Positions 14,346-27,384 of a stretch of DNA of 64,000 bases are shown here, in pieces. The notes beneath the pieces were generated by a model. The model was given only the letters and a program-made list of their open reading frames with translations. It did no database searches and was not told where the DNA came from. Location: positions 8,866,001-8,930,000 of the forward strand of contig CM120645.1 in NCBI GenBank assembly GCA_051362555.1, read 5' to 3'. This DNA comes from Lingula anatina. Its lineage: Eukaryota > Animalia > Brachiopoda. How positions within the stretch are numbered: the stretch's first letter is position 1; every line of letters starts with the position of its first letter. Made by a program: the position numbers and the translations under genes.

Positions 14346-15074
14346 GTTTATGTCACAAGAAGTGATTAAGTGTCCCATGACTAACGATCGATGGCTTGCC
14401 TCGATGACACTGCCTGGCTTGAAACATCAGTCCAGTGAGAACATCTTGATGGCCGTATATTGTCACTTTTTAATCTACGTGGCGTTATGTTTAAAAGAAG
14501 GTTATGAAACTTTTGAAGCGTACCTTGAGTAGCTCACGCTGTCAGCACCGTCGCCATTTTGCACTATTATGTTTGTGCAACGCAGGCCAAGTCTACACAA
14601 TAGGTTATAGAAATTGTATAGATTAAGGGACTTCTTGAGCATGTGAGTAATGTTGTATATATAGATTATTTGTGTCGTGAAGTTCTGAAGCGTCGGAGAT
14701 AAGTTTTTATTTATAAGGTGCTTGGGCGATCTGCTGTTGTTTTAGGGCCTACTTGAGATAAAGACCGACGTTTAAAATATTGAACGCTTGAAATGAATGG
14801 GGAATCTTGGATGTGTTATTCGGATATATTATCGGCCCTTCAAACTTTTGTTCGAGTTGTTAAAAATAATAACAATGTATTCTACGCAGGTATTTGGGTG
14901 GTTCACGCAGCAGGCGGATCAATTGGATTTATACAGACTCATGGTTACTTTTTCATATCAACTGTTTTAAAACATATGCATCCGATTTTTCTTTCTTTTT
15001 TCCCTTAAATTTTACGATGTTTGCCATTATAATGCGCTATTTGATACCAGAGTAAATGTAAAATGAGAGGTGCA

Positions 15075-15175
15075 TTATCTGACACTTCTTTATGCATTTC
15101 CGGAACGAACGACGACCCTTCATCATTATCTGACGCTTCTTTATGCATTTCCGGAACGAACAACGACCCTTCATG
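15075..15175. repeat. Two-copy direct repeat of about 51 bp
   Basis: attatctgacRcttctttatgcatttccggaacgaacRacgacccttcat occurs twice in tandem. Confidence 0.8.
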
Positions 15176-15428
15176 TTCGACCTGTAAGCGTAATAAGAGA
15201 CACATCTGCTCCGTGAAAAATGCGTACCCATCCTGTGTCAATCAAAATAGTCTTCTTATATTGAATAAAAAGCATCAATTTTGTAAAATTAACATGAATT
15301 TTCTTTCGGTCGAAGCAAGGAATATGACCAAGCTAATGTAGACTGCTCTTTCGTTACCAAGGGGCGAGCGTTACCATGGAACCGGCGTATATAATCAGCA
15401 AAGTCTGTTCTCTCACACTTAACGAGGT

Positions 15429-15486
<58 letters not shown>

Positions 15487-16285
15487 GCTCACGGTCTGGT
15501 TATAGCTATGTTAGATATAATTTTTCATCCAGCGAAATTTCGTACTGAGTCGTCTTTATTTGTCGATTTATTATCTGGATTATTATCTGAATCTCAAAAT
15601 ACCAAGATTTTAAGCTACAGTGTATAACGTCGAAGTTAGGATTTCATATTTTCAAAACTGTATATAACTGTATATAAATCGGACAGACATTAGAACAATT
15701 GTTACAGTCAATGGAATGTCTCAACTTAATAGACTGAAATATAAATACATATAAATATCTGCAACATTTTACTAATAAAAACGTGTGCCAATCTGCTTAG
15801 AACAAAGCACCTCGCAATTTTGTGATATGGTATGTGTTGTAGGTTAGAATATTACTTTTACCAAAACCTAAATACAAAAGCTCTTTCAAAACTTTGTAGT
15901 AAATTCCACGGATAAACTGTGATGCGGATTTTAACATGAGAACGGAGTGGTTTTTATACTCATTTGATCAAGGAAAATCGGGAACTTTTGATGGAACCTT
16001 TTTCAAATAAATAAATATGATGTCGTGACGTAAGAAAAAGCCATACTTGCCCAACATTAGAAAGTACCATAGGCCTATCTTTTTCACAGATTAAGTTGAT
16101 TTAAAACATAAAAAATTTTCACAGACAAAGTTAATTTGAACTATATCTCCTTTCCAAATAAAGTTAATTTAAAATGTACCAGATTCCTCCTTTACAGAGT
16201 TTTTTATCTTTATATATAGAGTTTATTAAGTTCGTTTACTGCTACATGTAAGTATAGGGGGATCATACTTTTAAACTCATTGTGG

Positions 16286-18254
16286 TTAAGTTTTATAATG
16301 TGCGCACTCTGCCGGGTTCTCCAATACATAATAATGGGACTTCTCCGACTTTGATCGCTCTTGGTTCTCGTCACTATTTCTGATATTTAGATTCACCTCC
16401 TCGTAATTATGCGGCAAATTCTTCTGGTCTCTTGAAGGATTTTCTAATTGCAGAGAAGCACTTGCGGTATCCGAGTCCGTTTCTACAGGAACATCGTCGT
16501 AATGCACAGTAGTCTCTGGAATTTTTGACAAAGGCTCCACTTCTTCATAAGGGTTCGGCGCTCGAGTCTCTTCGGTAATTTTAGGAAGAGTTTCCACGAG
16601 GTAAATGGGTTCTGCCTCACTCGGAGAGTATAACGAGTTCTCTTTGATAACTATAGATTCTGTAGTCGGTCTTTTAGCGTCGCCTTTTATTGGACGGCTG
16701 TAAAGTTGACTTAGGTCCTTTTCCTTTTCGTCTAGTTGAGCATTATGTATATCTTGTGTTTGCTTTAAAAATGGCGTCTGAAGCATGTCTGAGTCTTGAT
16801 ATGTTGGATCGTTCTAAAATAAAATTTCAATTTAGGACAACTTATAATTGGATGAAACTATACCTCCATCAGTTTCTACACTAAGTAGATAGTTACCCAA
16901 ATCGTTTCGTTGTGCCATATCAGCAGACGCACGATGTGGACATTTTCTATATTTTAAAAATACTTTTAAAAACCGCTGGTTAAAACCATCAGAAAAGCGC
17001 TAATCAAAGCCACTTGGAATGGCCTTTTATAGTTTCATCGTATTTACTATTCGGTTCTGCTGCGAAATTCTGACTTCAAAGCTAAGATTATTGGGACCAC
17101 ATGTAGAACTAAACGTATTTAACTGCATCCCCCGCACCGCTAGCAGTAGAGACAACGTCTGACCCTGAGGTCTAGTTCACAGACAGCCGTTCATGCAACT
17201 ACATAGATTATTGACAGCGGCTTACAACTGAAGGCGACTACCTCCCTCATTTAAACGACTAAATTGTTTCAAATAAAAGGGTGTCCTTACCATGTCAACG
17301 TTACCTCCGCTTTTGACCCTTTCTTTCTTCTGCCTCCTACAACTTAAAAAAGTAAGAGAGGCAGATAATTAGATAAATTGTGTAAATTATTTGTATATAT
17401 CATAATTTCATTTCCTAAGGCAACTTGGATATCTCGCCTTGTTTCCAGCTTGGGGCCCTTTAAACCTAATGTGATTTAAGTGAGATTGGAGGACACTGGT
17501 TTCAACGCAGCGGTTTAACAGTACTATTTTGATAAACAGAATAATGTTGCTTTTAGATCCAAATCACGGAAAATATAGATAAAAGTGATGGAATCTTTTG
17601 TCCCTGCCTCCATGAACCGATATCAATTTCTAATATCAATCGAAACAAGTTTCTGTTAAATTCCGGCTACCCTGCAAGCAATGTTTATTGATTTGCAAAT
17701 TTATACCCTAAAGACTTAAGTGCCGTGGTGGGGGTGGGGGGGGGGGGCGTAGCCTCTTACACACACTGTTGACAACAACTTCAGTCATATAAGCGCAGGA
17801 AACATGGGGTCAAGAGGAACTCCCCTTCATTGATAATTGTTTTTTTTTCTAAATGAACCCACTAAAATTTGATTCTAGATAGACAGATAGATAGATAGAT
17901 AGATAGATATTACCTTGACATGGAGTGTCCCCTCGAGCACCTGCAAACAAGCTCCACTAATACAATAGTCACGACTACACCGCCTATCACAGCTCCAGCC
18001 ACCACCCCAGGAGCCAGTGCACCTTCCTCTTGGGCTGGAACTTAAATATGAAACGAAATTATGATTTGGTTAGATTATTGAAAAAATGAATGCACTATTG
18101 CATTGAAAGAATTTATATCTTCGCAATAGTAGCCGAAGTGGAGAGAGAGAGACTGGTAGCCATTCAGTGAGTGTCGCATCAGACTAAAAAACAAACGGAC
18201 TGCAGGCATACAAACAAAATAATGACGACAGACAGACAAAAGGAAAGCAGATAA

Positions 18255-18291
<37 letters not shown>

Positions 18292-19736
18292 GAAAGAGAG
18301 AGAACAAACCTAGATTGGGTGTCGTAATGTCACTCATCGACGTCGTCGTCGACGGCTCAGGCAGCTTCACAACCTTCGTCTCATACCCCCGGTAGGGTAC
18401 GAGCACACAACCCCCCGTCACCTGTCGACATGTACGCGTACGCCTCTGTACGCAGTCCCCGTCCAAAGCCAATGGATTATTGATCTCAAACAAGTACGGA
18501 GTGTCCGATAATTGCTCAGGGCACCATTTCTCCGTCCAGCGCCATTTCCCCGCCGTACCTGTGTCTTCGGTAAACCTGAAGGCACATATGAAGAACCGCC
18601 GACAGTCTCCGGGGAAGGCCACGCGTTTGCCATTGAGATCTTTATCACAGTTTAAGTCAGGAGAGCCACATGGCCGTCTGTGATCTAAAAGGTGAAGTAA
18701 TGCAGATTTTTTTTATCAGAAACCATGGGATATATGTCACACGTATTACATACTATTTACATACTTTTTAAAACACTACTGTATATCGGCAGTGGCGTTT
18801 ATAATTGTCACGCCATGGATTTTATAATATAGGCCTATCTGCCGAATTATCAACGCACTTCCACGGTTTGTATTGTGAATATGTGAGTTTGTAATGTATA
18901 TTTACCATGTGCATTTACCGGTGATGACGGTTCGGAAACGCCAGATGCAGGGCTCGTGGAGTGAACGGTAGAGGGGCTGGCAGGGCCATTCTGTGCTAGG
19001 ATTGTGGAACGTCTTACTCCTTCCTCTGATAGAAAAAAAAATGATGAATTTATTACAATAATAGTAGTATAAAATGTAGATAGAATACATAATGTACGTC
19101 CACAATTTTGAAAAAAAGACTTGAAGTGTCACAAAAAATGTTACTCACATCCGAAAACATAATCTGCCACTACAAACAACCAGTTAGACATCACCATCAA
19201 TGACCCCCAACCACCCTCTCTTTCTCTCTCTCTTTCTCTTTTTCTCACACTTACAAACACACAGAGTGCATAATATCCCCCTTCTCTCCTCTCTTTTTCA
19301 ACTGTACGTGTTTTTCACATATATCCTTTTGTACCATTACAGCCGTTTCATACCCGCATGGCTCCATTAATAAGTTACGTGATACTACCTTACACGTCAG
19401 AATCAATAACGAAGTTCGTAACGAGCACAGCATTTCTATTTTACATCAATTCAACGTGGCTGTGGATGGAATATGTAATTTTGCCAGAGATCTCTATTTA
19501 ACCACCCCACGTTTACCGACACAACACACACAAATATAGATAAAAAATTGAAAACTTTTATCATTATCGTGTTGAGTCATCTATGATGATGAACACTAAT
19601 AACCAACTGTACGTGTACCTGTGGTCGTCAGAGTGGTTGTATTCTGCTGTCCACTAGCCATAAAACGTACAATGAGGACCAAATAACATAAGAAAGGGCC
19701 AACGTGTTTGTGGAAACCCAACGCTATCCTTGCCAT
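16286..19736 (-). CDS. Paralog B: same receptor-like architecture; exons 19736-19619, 19025-18906, 18684-18310, 18040-17914, 17336-17291, 16813-16286
   Basis: Signal-like MARIALG...LVLIVRFMASG; PCGSPDLNC...AFPGDCRRFFIC...W.W.EKWCP; TM GVVAGAVIGGVVVTIVLVELVC; tail NDPTYQD...KENSLY...YEEV, YDDV; all GT-AG and phase-consistent. Confidence 0.8.
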
Positions 19737-20973
19737 TTTCACGACGTCGACCAACACCGGCTAGTTAAAGATGGAGATGTGGACGCAGAGAGAGCTTTTA
19801 CATCACCATTTTTATCTCAGTCTTGTTGTATATGATGGCCCGCGAGCGGCTGGCGTCGATTTGTGTGTAACACCGTTGAAATCATACCATTCCACGTGTT
19901 TCCTTGCCCGGTAGCGCAACTCTTACAACCTATATCGCCATTTTTGTCATACTTAGCAGCGGGCGCTGACCCAATTCATATTGTAGTAGCTTAAAACGTT
20001 AGTCAACAAGATTACTCACGCGTAGACTACGCTTACCTGTATGGCGTCTTAACAGAGTCAAAACGTGCGTAGCGCTTAACTGTAGAAGCACGGTGACTCA
20101 ACGGGTTTTGTGTGAAATGATTCTTTGTGTTTGATGTGACAAAGGAGAACAAAACAAACAAGCTGATCGTTTTTATGTCTACACTGCTGATACAACAGGC
20201 AGACAAATAAAGGTTAGCGGTGATCTTACTTCGAATCATATCCCGTGTTCAAATCAGAACACCCTGTGGATGCTTTCTATCCACACTCGTGCGTCTTAAA
20301 ATTAAAAGGTCTCTAACAGCTCTTTTTTAAATATATTTTATTCAAAATCATGACGAAAAAAATATTAGAATAATTCCAAATATTAGTAAGTGCATTTTAA
20401 GACATACATACATATATGTATATAATCTATTACATGTATATCTACACAACATGGCAGTGGGACTTTGTACGATAAAATCGCTGAGGGTGCATATACTATT
20501 GATACTTTTGTCAGCTTGTGAAGAGCCCTAAGTCAATGGTTCGACAGAAAGGAAGTCCATTGCGCTATCTCCCATAAACCCTGTACTACATGTACGTTAA
20601 AAATCAGTCCGGCGCGCGACCTGTGTCACGGGGGAAAGGCATGTGAAGTCATAAGCAAAAGATCTAAAGGCAGGGACTAAAAAGGAAGATCGATTTATAT
20701 TCCTTGAAATATATTGATGATTTGACAAATAGAAAATGGCTAATAAAATTGCTACCACTAATCGATTATTATGGAAAAAAGTATTGTAAGTTATGAAAAA
20801 TTACTGGACACACCTTTATAAACGGCTCTCAAAAAAAAAAAAATCTTATCAATATGCCCTGTTTTTATAAGGTATAAAATCCCAATGTGACCAGCACGTG
20901 GTATAAAATTATTTTCTAGTAATATTGGAATGTATGAATGGAAAGCAAATAATAGTTCACCAGCCGGTGAAAG

Positions 20974-23184
20974 CTAAGCGACGCTGCTTTCTTTTAACTG
21001 GGCAGTATTTTCATACACCTCAGTTGAGCGTTCTAGTTCACTGTACGGGTGAGGTTCAGATGCAGCCACTACAAGATGGCTATATCCAGATTCATCCGTA
21101 CTGCTTTGTTTACGCAGAACCTTAGCATATGGAGGATGTTTCGGTTTCGTTTTCAGCTCAGGTGTCATAGATTTAGTGCCCGTGTCGTGTCTTTTGATTG
21201 AATATCCAGCTAAAGTTTCAGCTACCGTATCATAATACACGTCATCTGATCCCACGTGACCTGCCAGGTCATAGTGCGCTTGCGCGGAAGTGTTGTCGTC
21301 TGCTGGAAAAGCAGGATTGTCGTTTGACGCCAAAGAGTATGTTGGTTCTGACTGGGGGTCATCGGCAAAGTGATATACTGGTTCTTCTTCGCCATTGTCG
21401 TTGACGGAATACAATGAATTAGCTCGGTGCACAAAAGCTGGACTTTTCTGCACTTCATTGTTTTTGTGAGCTGTTGCCAAGATCGTGGCTTTGGTTCTGA
21501 GAGGTTCTGGTTGCGAATCGTTGGCGTAAGTTTGGTCAGGCAGTTCTGTGTAAATATCCTCAGAATCAACGATATACGTGGGTGATTCTATTCCTCTTTT
21601 CTCGGAGTCCCGGTACATCGGATCGTGCTACGGAGTAAAAGAAAAAAAATGTCGAGAATTAAAGGCTTAATATCAATTGCAAAAACCCCACATTGTTTTA
21701 TATTCAAGTTAAAAATATTTTCAAAGAGTTTTTTAATGTTTCAGTTACTCAATACTTCACTAGACGTCTTCTTCCTAGATTTTATCTAGCAGACAATTTA
21801 GAAAAGTAGGGGGCCTACAATACATATGTAACACATGTTACAAATTAATATTATCAATGGACATGGTTAATGAATTACAGAAACAACACACCTGAAGCGA
21901 ACATATGTTTATGCAATATTTAGTTAACATATGGAAAATAAAAAATAAAAATTACCATATCAACAGCGCCTCCCTTGTCCTTCAGTTTCAATCTCTCGAA
22001 GATACTGAAAAAAAAAGAACAATACGGAAAGGGCACTTTTATGCGTTACTGGTTTCACATTTTATTCAAAGTCCATAAGAAATAGCTGAAGAAATAGCAT
22101 CAATCTCTAGCTGATGCAAATAGCCGTAGGTTGTGACGCATATGCTTTCTCTGTGGCGTCATGGATTAAATAGTAAGTAGCTATCTTTATTGTACTTTAT
22201 TACACAAGCCCAATATCCTATCTGAAAAGACAAATCAATGCAACTGTAGTCTTGTAAACAGCATAACAGAAAAACAAACACCTTGGAATATATACATTAT
22301 ATATACCTGAGAATGAAAGAAGACAACTAGTTTACCTTAGCACCCATTCCCTCCTCCGCCACCAAAGAAATCCCACCAAGATCAAACCCAGCACGAGCAA
22401 GGAGCCGATCACTCCGCCAGCGACAGCACCGCCATCTACACCGCCGGTTTGCTTCTCTGTTCTTTCGGGAAAGTTTCCTGAACTGTTGCTTGGTAACGGA
22501 GATATACTTGGACTGCTTGATGGAGGGTCTGAAGGCGGTGTTGGAACAGACGTTGATGATACTGTAGATGTTGATCTGGGTGTTGGCGTTGTTCTTGGGG
22601 TGGTTGTGGTCGGAATGGTGGTTCTTGGCGGTGGCGTCGTGGTTGGCGTCGTAGTTGGTGTGGTAGTTGGCGTGGTGGTTGTTGGCGTTGTGGTTGTTGG
22701 CGTGGCGCAAGGTACGGGAGAACAATCCGCGTTCAACTGACAAAATCCTGTGAGACCGTAAAGCGGGACGAAAGCTCTTTTTCTGCCACAGTTATTTTTC
22801 TCCCATGTATATGTCCCATCTCCGGTGAAGACGCATCTGAAGTATCCCAAATAGTTAAGATCAGGTCAGAACCTATGTATAAGCAGGGTAAACACGTGCT
22901 TAGGGCGCCACGGCCAAGGGAGGGGGGGAGCTATTGGAATTAAAAGGTCAATCAAATAAAAGTGAAGATGTTTAATAACAAATAAAAAATATTAATTTGG
23001 ATGTCAGATAGAAAAGAACAAAAGCATGGAAGAATATACGAGAATGTTGCCGTTTTAAAGGTTCCTGAAAAATTGTCGTGTAGAGAGTACCTGAAGTACT
23101 TCCGGCAATTGCCTGGAACTGCGAATTGCCCTTGCGTATAGTCTATGGCAGTACATACTCTACTGTTGTATCCACAAGGCCAGT
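20974..23184 (-). CDS. Paralog C: same architecture; exons 23184-23091, 22836-22336, 22004-21956, 21627-20974; signal-peptide exon unresolved (candidate near 24715-24767)
   Basis: WPCGYNSRVC...FAVPGNCRKYFR|CVFTGDGTYTWEKNNC...CSPVPC; long PTTT mucin stalk; TM GAVAGGVIGSLLVLGLILVGFLWWRRR; tail HDPMYRD...RANSLY...YSHL-x9-YSEL. Confidence 0.8.
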
Positions 23185-24476
23185 CTGAAAATTTAAAACG
23201 ATGTTGGTTCTAAAAGTATGAAACTCAAATGTTATCTCTCATTTTCTTTTATCCGATAACTTAAGGTATCAAAAATGATCATAATTTTTTGTAGTAAAAT
23301 GCCTTGAGTTATTTGTAAAAATATATCTCATTTATCTCAAAATATTCTTTTCCCTACAAAAAAAGTAACTAAAGATCGCTATATAATTTACGTCTCTTGA
23401 CTTTTTAATTATTTATTCATCTATTACACTGCATTTTCATTTTCATCATCCGTTTCAATCCATGAATCAGGACCACAATTGATTACACATGGGAACACCA
23501 TTCCCTTCCGAAATTAAACGTTTTGCTGAGCAACTTGATATAAATCGCAAATAAATGAATAGACATAAAATCATATGACACGGATTATTTTCTATTTGAG
23601 ATAGTGTTTCAGTCTCTGTTTAAACAGGGCACGGTGTGTGTACATGGAATGTTGACATAATTACAATATAAGGCGTCTGTTAGGACGTCATACAAGTGCC
23701 CGTCATCGAACTAGTATTGGACAAACGGTATAGGCTCCCCTGTAAACTGGATTTATTTGCAATGTTGTAGATGCTTATTCGGCATGAGATCTGGTCAAGT
23801 CACAAACAAAATAATATGTATTGTTATATAGAAAATGTTTAAAAGAGAATGATTATATATACAACTACATGTACAGCAGTAAACCGCCATGGGTTTAGTA
23901 AGCCATCGTTGGTTTTGTAAGCAAATACTAAACGAGCCAATTCACGTAACGTGAGGCGTATTAAACCATTCTAGTTCTTTTTGTTTAAATATATAAATGA
24001 TGAAATATGCATGAAACGGAAATTAGTTTACCATCTCGGGTTTTAGAAATGTCAAATAAATAAAATAATGCCGGCAAAAATTAAAGGAAAAGTTAAGAGT
24101 AATTGGTAAAATTATTATGTTTTACTCTTAAAAGGAGGTACAGCGGTTGGATGAAAGCTTTTTAAAAACCGTTTATTTCCTCTAAAAGGCAAAAGTCTAT
24201 ATTTGCATGGGAGAAATTTAAAAAGCTCATCAGCAGGATGAGTAATATCGTTCATAATATTTCGGTTTTGGAAGCCACCCTTTACATGTAAATGCTTTTA
24301 AGAGAGGGAGATCCAACCTTACGATTCTTCTGCACTTCTCAGTAAGTCCATTTTATTTATGAATATCCTGCACTGTGGTTCGTCCATACAAAATTGTTAG
24401 GTAGGGCATTTTGATGGACTAATTTTAATAAGTCGGCAGTAGAATATTGCTGCAATCTGACAAGAAGCTTCACTCT

Positions 24477-24511
<35 letters not shown>

Positions 24512-24537
24512 AACACACTTACGCGCTCTCTCTCTCA

Positions 24538-24576
<39 letters not shown>

Positions 24577-27276
24577 GTTCTCTCTCTTTCTCCTTCGATG
24601 GCATCGGATTTGAATATAAAATCTTTATTGCCATCTGGGAATTCTTAGCTGTTAAATATAGTAATTGGTTAAAGGCATAAAGATGAAAAGATATAATTTC
24701 ACTAGAATTTCACCTATCCACGCTCCAAAGCGCCCAAACCATGAATACTCTCAACCTTTGAATCATCTTTTCTCTTGTTGCAAAATGAAGTCTGTCAACT
24801 GGCGACCATGCTTCCACCGAAGTAATTATTATCATTAACTTACTTGCCGTTGGTAATTATATGTATATGATATCTTGTGGATGTTGGTGATACACTGTAT
24901 GTAGATGTCATTTTTTGTAAAATTAAACGATAGCAATATGGACCCAGTATATAAGCTATGCGCCATCACATTAACTGTACTCGAAGAACCTACATGTATA
25001 TATATATATGTAACTTTTAAGAGTAACTCACACTTAGCTGTGTCAGGTTAACTGCAGTCTAGCATTAAATATATGCGTTGATGGCGGTGACATAATAACT
25101 GCACCTTGTGTAAAGGATCAATAAATGTACAGGTCAGCTTATACATACTATAGTATAGATTAACCGGATTTGCTGACCGGGAGAAAAGACCCTTGAATTT
25201 AGCCCTGGTATCAAATGACCAGCCGGAGTAATGTTTTTATGGTTTGTTTGCAGCCAAATTTTCAAGTTTGTCAGAATGTGAGAATGGATGATATGAGAAA
25301 GAAACAACTATGAGTAAAACAGCATCCTGATCGTCCGCGGTTGTACCGTGCCTTTATGTTTATATGCGAGTGTGTGTGTGTGGTGTGTCTGTGCTTTAAC
25401 ATTAAATCTTTTGCGGTTATCACGTTAATTGTTAAAAAGAATGAAATACTGTAACACGATTTTGGGTGTTTTTAGTTTAAATTTTCATTTAGAGAAACAT
25501 GCCCTAGAGGCTAAATATGTATATATATTGGAACGTAATATACCCGTGTAACTCCACAAATATGCGCCTTTTGTAGAGACATCTGAGTATTAGTCTGTGT
25601 ATTCACCTGTACAACCCTACTATACAATGACATACACTGTGCAAGTGTCGACCATGTCAGACACACTTACCTTGAGCGTTAACGGTGGTTGATATATTCC
25701 ATAGAAATAGACAAATTACTCCACACAGCCTGGTAAACCAGTGCAGAGATCCGCGTTTTAATGTCATCATCGGCATGAGGCATCCAGTGCCTTGTTATAT
25801 AAAAAATTATGTTTGTATGAAAGCCACTGAGGAGTCTAATTCTTTTCCCTAACGTCCACAGCAACAATAACTAAGAAAATGATATTTTCATTCTGTTCTT
25901 AAATAAAAACATGTCCCATCTTCGACAAATAAGGTTGTGACCAACGGACGTCTTGTGGTCAGTCTTCAACCGCCCATCGTAGTGGTCAAATATGCCCAAG
26001 CAAGATAATGGTGGCCGCACACTGTGGCCCAAGTGTTTACTCACTGATTGTCACGTGATCGGAGACAAAGACGCTGATTCAAAGGTAAACAATTATAGGG
26101 GCGCGGAAGTGGAAGTTTTGACACGCTGCTGCAGTATAAAGTCTATTGGGTTGGGTCATAATGTCATAAACAGATACAACGGGTCACATTCTTTGCGATT
26201 TCTTCGCTGGAAGAAGGTAGGAATTATACCGGTGCCCCTACACAGTCCTAAAGTACCGTGACTTCGCAGTTATTTTTTCCCGAATAGAAAGAGTCTGACA
26301 CGAAAATACCTGTAGAAAACACGGCCTACAATGACATACTAGTACGCTAACGTTAGTTATGACGTTAGTTTAATTATAACATTTTATGGGCAGTTTGACA
26401 ATATTTTCGTTTATACCGTATAAGGCTGTTGACAAAAAATACCTCTACTTTTTAAGTTTTTCCGAAAAGATAAATAAGGTGACAAGTCTCCTTTCGGCAA
26501 GGAATCTGCAGTATTTTTCTATTTCTTTTTAAGATTAAATAACAGAACTGGGCATAATGAACCTCGGGTCAAAACAAAATATTGTGTTTCACTTGATTTT
26601 TTCCTACGGCAAATGTTTTAGCAAGTGACAGCTAGGTTTTGGAAAGAAAAACGCACCAATTTATAAGACCATCGACAAAAATACATACAATTTTTTCTGT
26701 TGGCACAATTGCGCCAGTTTTACTCGAAAAGGACCTGCGAGTTATTTTAAGTACAGGCGATTTCGAATATATGTGCTAATAATAATAATATTATATCTGC
26801 GCTAATAATAATAAAAGTGCACTCACGTTTATTCAAGCAGGGCTGTATTAGAGATAGACCCTTCTCAAGTGTATTTACTCATCTTGACCTACTCTGTTTT
26901 AAATTCACTTATCTTATAATTCGAACTCAGGATTAATTTGCAGTTAGTCTTCTTATCAATGCTGACTCAACTTAAAAATTAGTTCTCTAGAAAAATTGTC
27001 CCCCAACGGTGAATATTTTATTATAACAATAATAGAAATACAGTTGTCAGGCTTAAGCATATAAGTATAATACAAGATTTAACTATCACAGATAGTTTTT
27101 CTTTTGTTTTATTTCAGAATTAAAGAAAGGAATTCACCGTTCTGTGATAGTTAGACCAGTTGTTTCACTCGCTTGGCATTGCATATAACCGGTAGTAAGC
27201 ACTGATAGTCTTTTTGCAGATTAATATAAAATTCAAACTCGAATGTCATGTCATCGTGTTTATTGACACACACACA

Positions 27277-27324
<48 letters not shown>

Positions 27325-27384
27325 CACTCACACAAGCACAAGGTCATTATGCACATATAATATCAAACTGAAAATTAAAATAAA

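Noticed and set aside
15289-15627. ORFs with CVCVCV/HTHTHT, SLSLSL or poly-L/N tracts (also near 24450, 28280-28940, 33650, 46460, 49350)
   Set aside because: These are translations of (CA)n, (CT)n and (TAA)n microsatellites
22486-22740. Val-rich hydrophobic + strand ORFs (also 30021-30251)
   Set aside because: Antisense shadows of the Thr-rich stalk exons
24320-24767. Candidate 5' exons for paralog C
   Set aside because: No stop-free, phase-compatible path to the 23184 acceptor was found; left unresolved
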